Positions 39,113 to 51,831 of a DNA stretch of 64,000 nt are shown in pieces. The notes below the pieces were generated by a model that saw nothing but the letters and a program-made list of their open reading frames with translations, did not search any database and was not told where the DNA came from. This stretch comes from Callorhinchus milii. Lineage: Eukaryota. Position 1 is the stretch's first letter. The number at the start of each line of letters is the position of its first letter. The position numbers were made by a program, and so were the translations under genes. Where the stretch lies: assembly GCF_018977255.1 (NCBI RefSeq), contig NW_024704742.1, positions 101,620,001-101,684,000 on the forward strand, read 5' to 3'.

Positions 39113-40219
39113 CTGATTACAAAAAGGTAAAACATGGTTCAGAAGGCTACTGACTTAAACCAGCTATAATGCAAGCTGCTTCAAAACCATACATTTGCAC
39201 TGAAGCAGCAAAAAATAAGTTATTGTTTGAACTTTAACGTTTTAAATTCCAAAGGTTATTTACCTAGAGATGTGTTTCAGTATTCAAACAATTCTCCGTA
39301 CCAGTCTGAACAAATATTTACACTTTTTTTTAAAAAAGGCCCTCATGCCAAAGCGAAGTTTGAACTAAACCAAATGCTGTATTGATTGGCAGATTCAAAC
39401 AAAATAAATATTACCTGGATAGCACCACAATGATTCTATCTGCCTGTATGGTGTCCAATAAAGGCCCAGGAAATCCAACACAGGTAGTAGAGGATGGTTA
39501 AATAGGGGGTAAGATGAAAGGATTAAGGCAGGGAGTTGCAGAGGTTTGGGGATCCCAATCCAACTATTTTTTTTAAAAAACTGTTTGTTTCTAAATTAAA
39601 TCTTGAATTATCCCAAATACTGGACCAATGATCCATAAGTAAGTTTACACGGGAGAGAAGCATTCGTCAAGCCCATACTCCAGGCAAATCAAGATAGGAC
39701 AATAAAGTGATGTAATTGACTAGAAGACAAGAAGGCCAATATAATGCATTAAATGCATATAACATTTTACAGGTAATGTTCACACAAATGCTCCCTTTCA
39801 ATTTCTAACTGTAAACTAGAGGTACAACTTCAAGTTAAATTTGCAGTGACATGGACACTGTTCATAAAATCATAAAACCCAGTGATTAATAACATGCCAA
39901 ACACTAAAGAACAGTAATTTACAATCAAGCTAAAGTTACCCTTTTTCCTCATTCTTTTAAAGTGTTCATCCTGTCAAAGCATTTTATCAGAAAATACATA
40001 TCAGCATAATCCTGCTATTAAGTATTCTATGCTGACTTAACAAAATTGTCTGAAAATACAGCTGGATTTATCTCATGCTTTACATTTATTCAGGATAAAT
40101 TAGGATAAATGCCATCTAGCTCATAAAATGTGTGCTAAAAAATGCTTTCGCTGCAGCAATTCTTGACCCACAGCACCACCAAGAGGTAACTAACTCTATG
40201 TACAGTGTTTGGTTTGGAG

Positions 40220-40506
40220 CAGTGGTTCTCAGTGTGCGGCCACCAACACTTACTGGTGGCCACAGTGCAGCGCCGCAACCTTAAGCTGCAGCACTTGAGA
40301 TGATTGTTGCAGTCTGTGCGAATAAAGGACTAGAAAGGTTGGTACAGTTGTAGTCGGCTTAGCAGTTACAAGCAATCACAAGCTTGTTCTATTGCCTTGT
40401 TCGACCAGCTAAAAATGACCAATAGTAGCTGCACACCTCAAGTGGCGGGGGGGCTGCAATGGGACTGCTGTTGCCACATATGGATGGACATAATTGAGAA
40501 ATACTA
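40220..40506. mobile_element. hAT (Charlie-like) MITE
   Basis: TIRs CAGTGGTTCTCA ... TGAGAAATACTA. The 8-bp flanks GTTTGGAG / GTTTAGAA match at 6 of 8 positions. Confidence 0.65.
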
Positions 40507-40644
40507 GTTTAGAATATCAAACAGAAGGTCTGCTGTCCTAGACGAGGCAGTTGAGAATTGAGCTCAGATATAAAGGTGCTCTGAGAAAAGCTATTTGTTG
40601 CTGAGTTCAATTCCAGTTTCTTACCTTTAGCAAAACAGAATTTC

Positions 40645-40980
40645 AAATGCCATGTGGGACATGGAACTCATATAGTCTGAGTCCAGTCCTGGGGCTATGT
40701 TGCATAATTAAAGGTGCCATTCTTCAAATGAGACATAAAACCAAAGTTCAATCTGCCTGTTCTGATGGATATTAAAGATCTAAAAGCCTTATTCAAAAAG
40801 AGAAGGGAGTTTCTTGACCAACAATCCCACTTCATGGCTGTTTCTGGGACATCGCTGTGCACAAACTAGCTGTGGCACTTACCAACAAATTAGTCATTAC
40901 TGCACAATATACTCTCTGAAGCACTTTCAGATATCCTTCTGACATTAAAGGTGCTGTATTAAATGTAAGGATTATTATTG
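40645..40980 (+). mobile_element. Old Deu-domain SINE
   Basis: GAGACATAAAACCAAAGTTCAATCTGCC core and GCTGTTTCTGGGACATCGCTGTGCAC, then an ATT tail. Confidence 0.65.
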
Positions 40981-41236
40981 TTGCATGGTGACTCTGCATT
41001 AGCACACAAATACACAATAACGGATGGAGAGAAAAAGATTTGAGTCACAATTTCATTCAAACAGCTTGGGGCAGAGAATAAATCAAGCAGGTTGGATGAA
41101 AGAGCCTCTCTGCATGACTGTCACACACCTGACTAGCTAAGTTCAAAGCTGCTGGTGCTCTGGGAATTGGTTGTCCACCCACCTTGTAGTCCTTACAAGC
41201 ACATAACTCCAGTAAAGAGATGGAAAGACGAAAATG

Positions 41237-42675
41237 AGAATCATAGAATCGTACAGCACAGGCCATTCGGCTCATCATGTCTGCGCCGGCTCTGAAAAGA
41301 GCAATCCAACTCAATCCCACTGGCCCACTTTCTCTCCATAGCCCTGCAATCCTGTCCTCCCCAAATACCCATCTGCTTCTCTCTTAAAGGTTGTTATTGA
41401 ATCGGCTTCCACTACCATTTCAGGAAATGCATTCCAGACCCAAACAACTCGCTGGGTGAAAAAAAAAATCCTAATACCTCCTGTTTCTTTTAACAACTAA
41501 TTTAAATCGGTGTCCTCGGGTTACTGACCCACATGACGGTGGAAACAGCTTTTCCCGGTTCAACCTATCAAATCCTCTCATGATCTTGAAAATCTCTATT
41601 AAATCCCCTCTTAATCTTCTCTGCTCTGAGGAGAATAATTCTAGTTTCGCTAACCTCTCCTCATAACTAAGGTCCTTCATGCCTGGTACCATCCTGGTAA
41701 ACCTCCTTTGCACCTTCTCCAATGTCCTAACATCTTTCCTAAAGTGCGATGCCCAGAACTGAACGCAGTACTCCAACAGAGGCCTAACCAGCATTGTATA
41801 AATATTCAACATAACATCCTGACTTTTGAATTCTATATAATAATAATAATCCTTGCATTTGATATAGCGCTTTTCATGTCGGGAGGACGTCCCAAAGCGC
41901 TTCACAGAACACACTGTAAAGTGAATTGACTGTATATTTGTGGGCGAACGCGGCAGCCAATTGCGCACAGCAATGTCCCACAAACAGTCGTAGATTAAAA
42001 ATGACCAATTTATTATTGTTTTTTGGAGGGATTGTTATTCTATGCCCCTATTTATAAAACCTAGTATCCCGTATGCTTTTTAACAGCTGCCACCTTCAGA
42101 GATTTGCTTATGTGGACTCCCAGGTCTCTTTGTTCATTTGCCCCCTTTAAGATTGTACCATCTAGCTTACACTGCCTCTCCTCATTCTTCCTACCAAAAT
42201 GCAACACTTCGCATTTCTCCACATTAAACCTCATCTGCCACGTTTCTGCCCATTTTACCAATCTGTCTAAGCCCTTTTGGAGTCTGGTGCTATCCTTCTC
42301 ACCATTAACTTCTTTCCTAGCTTAGTATCATCTGCAAATTTGGAAATTGTGCTCCCTATATCCAGGTCCAGATCATTAATATAGATCAGAAAGAGCAGTG
42401 GTTCCAATACCGACCCCTGAGGGACACCACTACACACCTCCCTCCAGTCAGAAAAGCATCTGTTTACTACCACTCTTTGATTTCTGTCTCCGAGCCAGTC
42501 CTGGATCCATGTTGCCACAGTCCCTTTAATACCGTGGGCTTCTATTTTGTTTATAAGTCTCTTATGTGGCATGTTGTCAAATGCCTTTTGAAAATCTAGA
42601 TAAACGATGTCAACTGCACTACCTTCATCCACCCTCTCAGTCACTTCATCAAAAAATTCTATTAGGTTTGTCAGT
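41237..42675 (-). mobile_element. 5'-truncated CR1-clade LINE (RT domain and 3' end), interrupted by a SINE
   Basis: [25 protein letters not shown] and LVRPLLEYCVQFW motifs, ending in the (ATTCTATG)-type 3' repeat. Confidence 0.93.
41837..42036 (-). mobile_element. 5'-truncated young SINE inserted into the CR1
   Basis: Matches the 3' ~200 nt of the 14784 copy. Flanked by the TSD ATTCTAT (41830-41836 and 42037-42043). Confidence 0.9.
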
Positions 42676-43319
42676 TAGGAATGTAGGACCTTTGTTGGGA
42701 GGGCAACAGATAATTATCAAACTCGCAAAGAAAAAATCTCAGCAAACCTTCGAAAAGCATTTGTTACGGCTATTTGGTATTATCAGTGTTCCAGTATTCC
42801 TGGAAATCAACACGGTGTTTAGTTATTCAGAGATTACTGCTAATAAAGGCATTGTTCTGGAATTTGAGTTTCTGTCATTTCGATTCCCATTTAAGCGTTT
42901 AACAGTCCAAAACAAGTGAATATGTAAACCAAACAAAAATTGGTAAACAGATGGTTGTCAATGAATTTAAACAAACACAAGCATCATAAGCAGCATGGGA
43001 ATTGAGTGCTGCATCAGTATGGTTGTCATTCTCAGTAGGAAACATAATTACATCAAAATAATAACCACAATTTTGGGAGAAGAAGGTGGGACGTTAACAG
43101 CTGAAACTAAATGATCATTCAGACATGCAGATTGGTATCTAGATACCTCGGAGGAGTTTACTGCTGAACACAGAGGCATCAAAAGTGTTGAATCACAAAA
43201 GGATTTGTGACTAGCGAATGCCTTATTCAGTGTCCTACCCTCTGGAACCAGTAATTTTATGGAAGTTGAAACTGAGATGGTCACCTGAGTAGCATTCCAA
43301 ATGCAACACATCTGGGATT

Positions 43320-43540
43320 CTCATAACTCATTCATCTTAAGAATGAGAATCGGCATTGCTGCTTTCTTCTCCACTAACTCTATGCCCTGGTGTGTGAGTG
43401 GCTCTCTTTTATGTTGTAGATACCAGAACTGCACATCATACTCCAGGTGCACCTGGACCAGATAAACTGAAGAATTTGGTATGAATGCAAGGAATCTGAA
43501 CTCATTATTTGACATTGGGATTGAAGAAGTACTTCTCAAG
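43320..43540 (-). mobile_element. Old CR1-like fragment
   Basis: LVQVHLEYDVQFW resembles the CR1 motif LVRPHLEYCVQFW. Confidence 0.5.
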
Positions 43541-45685
43541 TACCAGGAAAAGAAATGTCAACCGTGTTTTTTGCAGATAAACCTCTGTATATCATAGAGT
43601 CTCACAAGACCATAGCTCCAAAGTGATTTTCGGTAAGGCATGAATACCCTCAAACTGGCATACTGGGCTTGATTTTATCTGCAAAAAATGTTTTTGGTAG
43701 TGAGGTGCTTTTGCTGAAGGGTAAGCTCCAGTGACTTGAATACTTACTTGAGAAACACATTTCACCCCAAACATAGCCTACTATCCTATCCTCTTAGCTT
43801 ATTACATTTGTAGAGCGCCTTTCACATAGGGAGGACGTCCCAAGGCGCTGGACGGTCAAGGAATTGGACTCAAGCAGAAGACTGAAACACATGTCTAGGT
43901 AAATAACCTTTAGAATTTAAAAAGATTATAAATGACAGGTGGAATTTGTAATTAGGATTAAAACAAAACCAGAGACGGGTTGCAGAATCTAGCCTAATGT
44001 ACTCTGCACTCAAATCTTGAACATCTATCTCCTCCCTTGAAAAAAGAGCTCAATTTCAAAACATGCATTTTTATTTTTAGCTAGTGCAGTTTCACCTTTA
44101 GTATCCAAATATATAATAATGGATCCATGGGAGCAATTAAAGTAAGATGATCAATGGGTTTAGATGACAACTCAAGTGTGATTAAAGCCTTGGGGTTTGA
44201 ATAAAGCTCAAACAAACAGCTTCAAAGCCATTGTCTCACATCGAAGTATAATTTTATTTTTATCTAGGTGAGGAGATTATCAAGCTTTCTGCCAGGCATT
44301 TTAATAATCCTGCATTCAGTAAAAAGCTTTGTCATGTCAAACATCTCAAAATGCTTCACAGAGTTTTTTGTAGTCTAATGTCTATGTAATTGTAGGTGAA
44401 CATTATCCTACCAATGGCTGTCAATGAAAGAGACAATTATAACTGCACCACATATTCTAAGCATGTAATATGTTTTCAAAATGATTAGTTAAGCTTCATT
44501 GAGAAATAATCCCCAGCTGATTAATTGAAACTGTGTATGTCTAGTATACTGCCCATGATTGCTTAAGACCACAGATCAGTACCACCATTGAACAGTGAAA
44601 CATAAAACAAAACAATCATTTTGTGATTTATTTATGCAGCCCCATTGTAGCATGGTAGTTAGCATCCATAAACCCAACCAGCACCATACTGGGGCATATT
44701 GTCACTGCTTCCATGTAGAAAGTCAGCTCACTTCATAACATCACCTGGCTTCTTGTGCTAAAAAAAAGGCAACTTCTAGATCATAAGGTCACCACGGATG
44801 TCACTTCCTGAGTGCAGCCCATGGACTATGCTCAGAAGATGATGTCGCTTACAACCTGATGACCCAGTAGTTGGTGATGTTTTTTAAGCAGAGAGGTTTG
44901 CCTATGTTTTAGGAACATAGGAACACAAAAAAGGCTGTTTTGCTCATTGAGCACGCTCTGACAATTGCTTGGATTAAGGTTGGTCCTCATAACTAAGCTT
45001 ATTCAAACTAGACATCATTCTGGTGAATCTACACTGCACTGCCTCCAAGATGAGGTTTGAAGTAAGACAAATCGCTTTCTGGATTTTTCAGTAAGTCCAC
45101 ATCCCAATCACACTATGCATAAACCGGCATTGTAATAAAGCACCTTTCTGCTCCAAATACTTATATTGTAATACAGATTTTCTGTAATGGATCTGCGAAA
45201 AAACAGCTGCCAAACCAGCTTCAGGCTTATCAGGTCCTACATGTGCCAGAAGCTGGTTATGTATCTCATTTCCAATATCAACAGGTCCACAGGACACTCA
45301 CAACATTGGTGATCTTGTGTTCCAGCAAGGAGTATTATAATGGGGACACACTACACTGCTTAATGTCCAAAGGTAATGACGAACTGCAAAATATTCATCC
45401 ATCCCTACTCCAATGGGACCTCTCTCCAAAGACATTGCTGCATAGGAACCATGATGTCCTATGGTTTTATCACAGTCTGCACTTATCCCTATATGCAATA
45501 CTGTTTTCAAGTAGATACATATCCAGTTATTTTTAGAGGTCTTAATAAAGACCTAACATCAACTGCTATTGTTCTTTCATTCTACTATTTGATTGTACAC
45601 TAGTCATTGTGGTTTGCATAAATGACAATTAATACACAAAATATTACACGTTTTTCTAGCTGAGTCTCAAACATTGTAAACTTAC

Positions 45686-45710
45686 ATTTGCCAATCCAGC
45701 CAGCCCCCAC
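45686..45710 (-). CDS. HSD17B4: HSD17B4 exon 10 (25-nt microexon), VGAGWIGK
   Basis: CAG acceptor, GTAAGT donor. The upstream intron is 119 nt. Confidence 0.95.
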
Positions 45711-45829
45711 CTGTGAGTGGGTAATGCAGAAAAGTAAAATTCAGTCATTTCTACACATAATAATTCATTCCAATATAATTTTTAAGAAAGAAACACCACA
45801 GGTATGAAAGTCAACATGAAACATCCAAC

Positions 45830-45921
45830 CTCAAATAAGCTGCCATTCTCTTGGCAACTTTCATGACACAACCAAAGAACCAAGGGAGCCACGTACTCGG
45901 GTTTCAGGGAATCCAACAAGT
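45830..45921 (-). CDS. HSD17B4: HSD17B4 exon 9, [31 protein letters not shown]
   Basis: 92 nt, CAG acceptor, weak GAG|GTTGGA donor. Confidence 0.94.
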
Positions 45922-46653
45922 CTGGATAAAGAAAGAGATTCTGTGTTACTGGCACATCAAATCAATTTACACACATAATTACAATTTTTGGGGGGGCATA
46001 GATAACTGAAAAGCTGCAAATTTTAACTAAAAAATTGCAACATTTACCTGCATTGGTACAGATATTTTTATTTCTGTAAAGTTCAGTTTACCCTGCATTT
46101 TTAAAAACCATGAAAGTCAAACACTTGAGTTAGGAATTAACAACCTCCAAAACTGTTCAACCTTCTTCAGCAATCCAAGACACCTTCTTATTTTCCTTTC
46201 TAAATAGATTTTTTTTCTATTCTAAATACTCTTTTAAGATGTTAGCTTTGTTTAATAGTATGGCCAAAAAGAAAAACAGTGAGAGAAACCTAGCATGATA
46301 CTTGCAGAGCAGTAAACAATCCATTTGGAATATATTTGCTACAAATATACTATCAAGTATAAGGATTATTATCATTAAGCGTTCTTGAAGACAAACAGCT
46401 ATAATAAAGCTTCAAAATGTTCTGAGCATGCAATACTATTTTCTTGATGTTAAATAGAGAAATGTAGCACCACCCAAAGCTGCATACCTATATCTATACA
46501 AACACAATTTTTCATGGTTATTATACAAAACATTTCTTCCACTGCTCTGCCAATCAGTGCTTTTGGTGGAATAAAATATTCACATTATATTCTGAATATA
46601 GCTCTTACTAAGAATGAATTAAAGCTCCAGCACTCTGATGCTATGTTACCTAC

Positions 46654-46841
46654 CTTGAGGCATAACAGTCTGGGTCATTCTGGAACCTGCCGTTGGGGCA
46701 ATTGTGTTGCAGTGGATGTTGTATTTTAGACCCTCAATAGCAAGTGTATTAGAAAGACCCAGTAATCCCAGTTTGGCAGCACTATAGTTTCCTTGCCCAA
46801 AATTTCCATATATCCCAGCAGCAGATGCAGTCATAATAATT
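46654..46841 (-). CDS. HSD17B4: HSD17B4 exon 8, [28 protein letters not shown]...TQTVMPQ
   Basis: 188 nt, CAG acceptor, GTAGGT donor. Contains the catalytic Ser and the YxxxK motif. Confidence 0.97.
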
Positions 46842-46984
46842 CTGAAAAAAAACATTATTATTCTATCACTTCAAATCCTCATTACCATTTGATTATAAGT
46901 AAGTGAAAGAGTGAAGTAATGCCCATAATTCAGCCAAAATGTAATATTAGAGCAGCCAATAAATCAAGTTAGAGCTCTGTTTAC

Positions 46985-47069
46985 CTGCCAAACTTTTGAT
47001 TCTTCATGTGGTTCCATGCTGCTCTTGTGATCTTGAATGAGCCTCTCAAATGAACTCTATGAATTAAAT
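46985..47069 (-). CDS. HSD17B4: HSD17B4 exon 7, [29 protein letters not shown]
   Basis: 85 nt, TAG acceptor, GTAAAC donor. Confidence 0.96.
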
Positions 47070-47909
47070 CTAAACAATTGAGAGCTCAATGAAAACTCCA
47101 CAGGGAACTACACATATGCAAGATTATTATCTTTAAATCTAACAGATTTTCATTGTACATCCTGAACTAATAAATTAAAAAAACAATAATTCTAAGACAG
47201 TATACAACAACCTTCTTTCTTTAATCAAAATATACCTTTATAATAATCATTTCAGTTCAGAAAGTTTTACAAAAGATTCACTTAATTTGTAAAAGATGAA
47301 CTACATGAAAGCCTATCAATAACAAATGATCCAGAAAACAATAGAATGGTTACTTAATAAGTTCAATTCTTGTAGATGGGCTGATTTTATATTCAACATG
47401 CAGATACAATTAATCATTCACTATCTTTCTGTGAGAAGTTGGGGGGTGCGTGTGGGTTAGCAGAAGGAGGGGTCAAAGGGTGACACACCTGCGCTTGAGC
47501 CAGGCAGGTCTGCAAGACACCACAACTGACCAATCCACCTGGCTCACTAACAGGACTTGGAATGGTAATCGTTTAACTGGAAGGTGGGATTCGTCCCACA
47601 CAGTTCCTAATAGTACAACAACTCAACGTCTTGACAAACAGTGTGCTCCTAGAAAGACAAGCAATAGGAACCTTACTAATGCCTTGTACAAATCTGCACC
47701 TGTGTTATTCAGGCATAGCCAGTGACTGGAGCTCTCCACCCCACTCCTGGGAAGAGACTGGGCATAATATGTCAAAAATAAATTCTATTTGATAAATTTG
47801 AGATTCTTAAGCACAGAAAAAGATTTACAAATGTCAGACTTTCTGACGATCAAAAAATAACCATTTGAATTTAACAGAAAATTCATCTTTGAACTCTACA
47901 TAAACTCAC

Positions 47910-47956
47910 CCCAATCCAAGTCACTTGTTCTACCAAAGGAACGATCTCTCAAAATT
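47910..47956 (-). CDS. HSD17B4: HSD17B4 exon 6, ILRDRSFGRTSDLDW
   Basis: 47 nt, CAG acceptor, GTGAGT donor. Confidence 0.95.
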
Positions 47957-48164
47957 CTGAAAACATCAAGAAAATTATCTTAAAATAAATGGCACATTGC
48001 ATTTGGTAGGTTGGCATTGGTGGTGGTAAAATATTGTGGATCTAGCAACATTAAACTACAAAATGAAAGCATTTTTTTTAACTCCCCAACAATTAGCGGC
48101 TTAACAGTCAATCAAGACTCAAAAAAATACTGTGCAAAAAATACAAAACAAAAAACCTACTCAC

Positions 48165-48186
48165 CCAGCATTGTTAATAAGAATAT
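48165..48186 (-). CDS. HSD17B4: HSD17B4 exon 5 (22-nt microexon), DILINNAG
   Basis: CAG acceptor, GTGAGT donor. Encodes the SDR NNAG motif. Confidence 0.95.
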
Positions 48187-48808
48187 CTGAAAGAAAAAAG
48201 AACTTGTATATTGAATCTGATTTAATTAGATGCAGGGTTCAGATGGCAAACAAAAGGAGCTTGTGTTCCTTTATTTCAATCTTGGAGTTTAAAAATACAT
48301 GCTAAAAAAGTTTTGATAGCTTTTATGAAAAAAATCTTCTATAGAAATACAAAATTCATGAAAACTAGCCTCCATTTCTTTCTATAGAGGTTACAATCGT
48401 GTTATCCTGTTGTTAAATTGTAAAAAAGAGTAATTTGGAACAATTTTCAATTTTTCTGCCCATTATTCTAAATTATGTATCCAAATAGCAGGGCTATTAG
48501 TACAGCAGAAAGCTGATTAGGTATGGGGAAAGGGTAGGTAAAGGGGACTGAAAGGATTACTCTTAAAAAACCAAATGCAGACACGATGAGCCAAATTCTT
48601 CTTCGCTATAAATTTCTATGGTTCAATGCAAATTTTATTAAATGTCCCCTATTTAAGACTTTACATTTTAATATTTAAATAGAAACTTTATGAAGGTCTT
48701 CAAAAACATCAACCCCCAACAGAAGTTACTTTTCACCAATAAAATCCAAACAGTCAAAACATTAGTTCTGTAATATATTTAAAGTTTGTGGAATAGGGCA
48801 ATACTTAC

Positions 48809-48868
48809 CTATCTTTCCAAAGGCATCCAAAGTAGACTGAATAATCTTTTCTCCTTCTTCCACGGAAT
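48809..48868 (-). CDS. HSD17B4: HSD17B4 exon 4, DSVEEGEKIIQSTLDAFGKI
   Basis: 60 nt, TAG acceptor, GTAAGT donor. Confidence 0.96.
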   Translation of the reverse strand: MPWKKEKRLFSLLWMPLER

Positions 48869-49619
48869 CTAATAGAAGGGGAAAAAATATTTTGATACGT
48901 CAAATTTCACAGTGGTTCGTGATTTAAAAAGAACAACTTCACCATGTAAAATCTACCATTCTTATTGCAGGTTAATATAAACATAGTAGAATTTTGTTGC
49001 GAGTTCACTTTCAGGTGGGTACCCTATGGATCACTTGCCAACACCTGGCACTGACGTGTGCATTCCCACACCACAGGGGGGGCAAACCAGTCAGTTCCTG
49101 CAAGCATTTTTCAGGCTAGACATCCAGACAACTAAAAATACTACGCAGTCTGTGCCAGAGCCTACTGCACTTCTCATATAGTGTAGGTCCCCAACCTACT
49201 ATGTTATAAATGGTATTACTATTGTAACAGAGTCACACTTAACATGTGTCAAAGGTGAATAGGCAATATGGGTGTTAACAATTGCACAGAGTCCACTGAG
49301 TAAAAATAATATAAAATGAAAGTTACCAAATGTTCTCAAAAAACTATTTTTAAGAAACATACAAAATGGGTTTTACAATTAAGGAGATACTTTTTTTAAT
49401 ATCAGAATTACAGAGTGAGTACAACACAATTACATTTGTAAAGCGCCTTTCATGTCGGGAGGACGTCCCAAGGCGCTGAACAGTTGGGGATCAGGATCCG
49501 AGCGCGGGGAGGGCAGGGTTGGAATAGGGATATGTCATATATTATTTTTTTTGAGGAAGGGGAGTGAATCAAAAAAAGAGAAAATGATGAATTTGCACAA
49601 AATAAATGAAGTACAATAC

Positions 49620-49727
49620 CATAGTTGGCCACAGCTTTGCCTCCTTTTGCTCTTATCTCTTCCACCACTTTATCTGCAGCAGATGATCCTTTGCCTTCTC
49701 CTTTAATGTTACCCCCAAGGTCATTTA
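49620..49727 (-). CDS. HSD17B4: HSD17B4 exon 3, [36 protein letters not shown]
   Basis: 108 nt, CAG acceptor, GTATTG donor. Confidence 0.96.
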
Positions 49728-50824
49728 CTGTAACAGGAAATAATGCTATAGTCAAATCTAATGAGATAGAACATATCTAAGATATAGTAGTCTGTATAAA
49801 AGCCTTTTTTAAAATTAAACAACAGAACTTTCACACACAAATTCAGCAGCTGGTAAAATCTGACCATGTTGATGATGCATTCACTTCGGGCCATGACTCT
49901 GTAAATAGTTTGTACAAAGTTATCCTGTTAAAACACTCTTCCTAAGGCCTGTGAGTGAATGGCTCAGACACTGTGTTCCAAATGAAGAGCAAAAATAACT
50001 AATATCCGAGTCATGAAGTTGCCACTGACATTAGTTTCCATGCTTTGTATTCATATGTGCTATGCATAGGGAACGGTACCAACATCGCTTCCTTTGCAAA
50101 GTGACGTCAGAGGAACTTCCTACTCCTAGTATGCATATGCCAAGTGCGAAAGTGATGACAACAGTAACCTGACAGCCCAGAAGTCACTTTTCTTTACTTA
50201 GTAGACCCACAGGATACCAGCACCATTGAAGCAGTGCTATACCGGGAGATAGGATGAATCAAAGCAGGGGAATAATCTTGTATTTCTAAAAATTCCATTA
50301 CTTGCATTTAATAATTAATACATTGTTTGCTGATTTTCATTTTATGCTCAGTTATATTTCTAGTACCAATTTATCATTGAAAGTTGCTTTGAAAGTAAAG
50401 TAAACCTGAAGACCAAACATATACCAGCAACTCTGTAATGATGCAAAGCTGAGCTCTCTACACCATCCCACAGCATTATGCTACCAATTGTCTTAATGTG
50501 TGGAAAATGCTTAAGGTTATTGTTAGAAAATAAAATCAGCCAAATCTGTAAGGAAATAACGCTAATTCCTCTAACCAGATATCAGACTGTTTTATTATTA
50601 TCCGTTCGTTATTCCCCAATATCCCGATGGGTCAGACCAAAGGCCGGTACAATCAACAGATCTTATAACAGAATAACACCACTATAGATATCTCGAGTTC
50701 AAGAGTTCAACACTGTGCCTTTACAGCACACAAGCTTGATTCTTCATGCTTTCAGTCTTCTTGCTTACAGCTTTCAATCTTCCATCTGATATCCTCAGTC
50801 TTAGTGTTTCCAGCTCTCAGTCTT

Positions 50825-51020
50825 CCATCTCCGTACCCTTGTCTCCGCAGCCCGGGATGGCCCCATCTCCCGTATCCTTGTCTCCGCGACCCGGGACGGC
50901 TCCATCTCCCGTATCCTTGTCTCCGCGACCCGGGACGGCTCCATCTCCCGTATCCTTGTCTCCGCGACCCGGGACGGCTCCATTTCCCGTATCCTTGTCT
51001 CCACGACCCGGGACGGCCCC
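50825..51020 (+). repeat. 39-bp CpG-rich minisatellite, 5 copies (CCATCTCCCGTATCCTTGTCTCCGCGACCCGGGACGGCT)
   Basis: Units start at about 50825, 50863, 50902, 50941 and 50980. The central copies are near-identical. Confidence 0.95.
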
Positions 51021-51831
51021 GTACACAAAGTTATCGGAACTCTTATACCAATATTCATCTAATCATGGTGCGGACAATAGATCACCTGTCGAAATCATGC
51101 TGGGGTCACGTGAACATCTCATGGGGTGTACATGCCTCACACACACAAACACACTGTCCTTGAGACAGTCCGTTATCTTGTGTACGTGCAGGGCAGTAGT
51201 ACACATCTTATCCTTGAGACATTCACATGATCCTGGGAAACTCATGAGTTTCAGTCCAGCTGCCCACAACACACGTAACTTAAAAGTTAACCCATTCGCA
51301 ACATCTATTGTGATTCTAACATTATACAAAATGTGTAAATTCTTAAAAATGTATGTGTAGTCCAGCAGACCACTGGAAGCTTTAAACTCCATTCAAGTTC
51401 AAAACACTTTCCACCCATCTGTTGTAATATACTTCAGCCAATGCAAAGCCAAATACATGTTTAAGGTTACCTCTTCCTCTCAGTGGTCTCACATAACTTC
51501 TGTTTAATCTGATGAAGTAAAAATCAATTATATACTGGAATTATACCAGTTTAGCATCAATTTGATATTTTCAAATCAGTTAGCATTTGAAAAATATTTA
51601 AATAAGTAGCTGTTGAAAAAAATTAAATAATGTAAATATATTGCTTATATTGTTCATTGACAATATTAGTTTTGTGTTAATATAAACTCAGTAAAACATC
51701 CCAAAATAAAATAATCAATTTATGCAACAATTAATTCTATATTATTAACATTCATAACAGCAATAAATAAATAAACTGAAATTCCAAAATGTGACTAGAA
51801 CAAAGGATTTTAAACTTCAAAACGTACTTAC

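Noticed and set aside
41471..42644. Functional reverse transcriptase gene
   Set aside because: The CR1 copy is 5'-truncated, frameshifted and interrupted by a SINE.
45040..45550. Possible old RTE-like RT fragment on the minus strand (QYKYLE)
   Set aside because: Motifs are too short and degraded to assign a family or boundaries.
50825..51020. CRISPR-like array
   Set aside because: The units are head-to-tail with no unique spacers, there are no cas genes, and the context is a vertebrate intron.
50746..51360. 204-aa Pro/Ser-rich ORF and overlapping repeat ORFs
   Set aside because: They arise from a stop-free 39-bp minisatellite inside intron 2. No domain or splice support.
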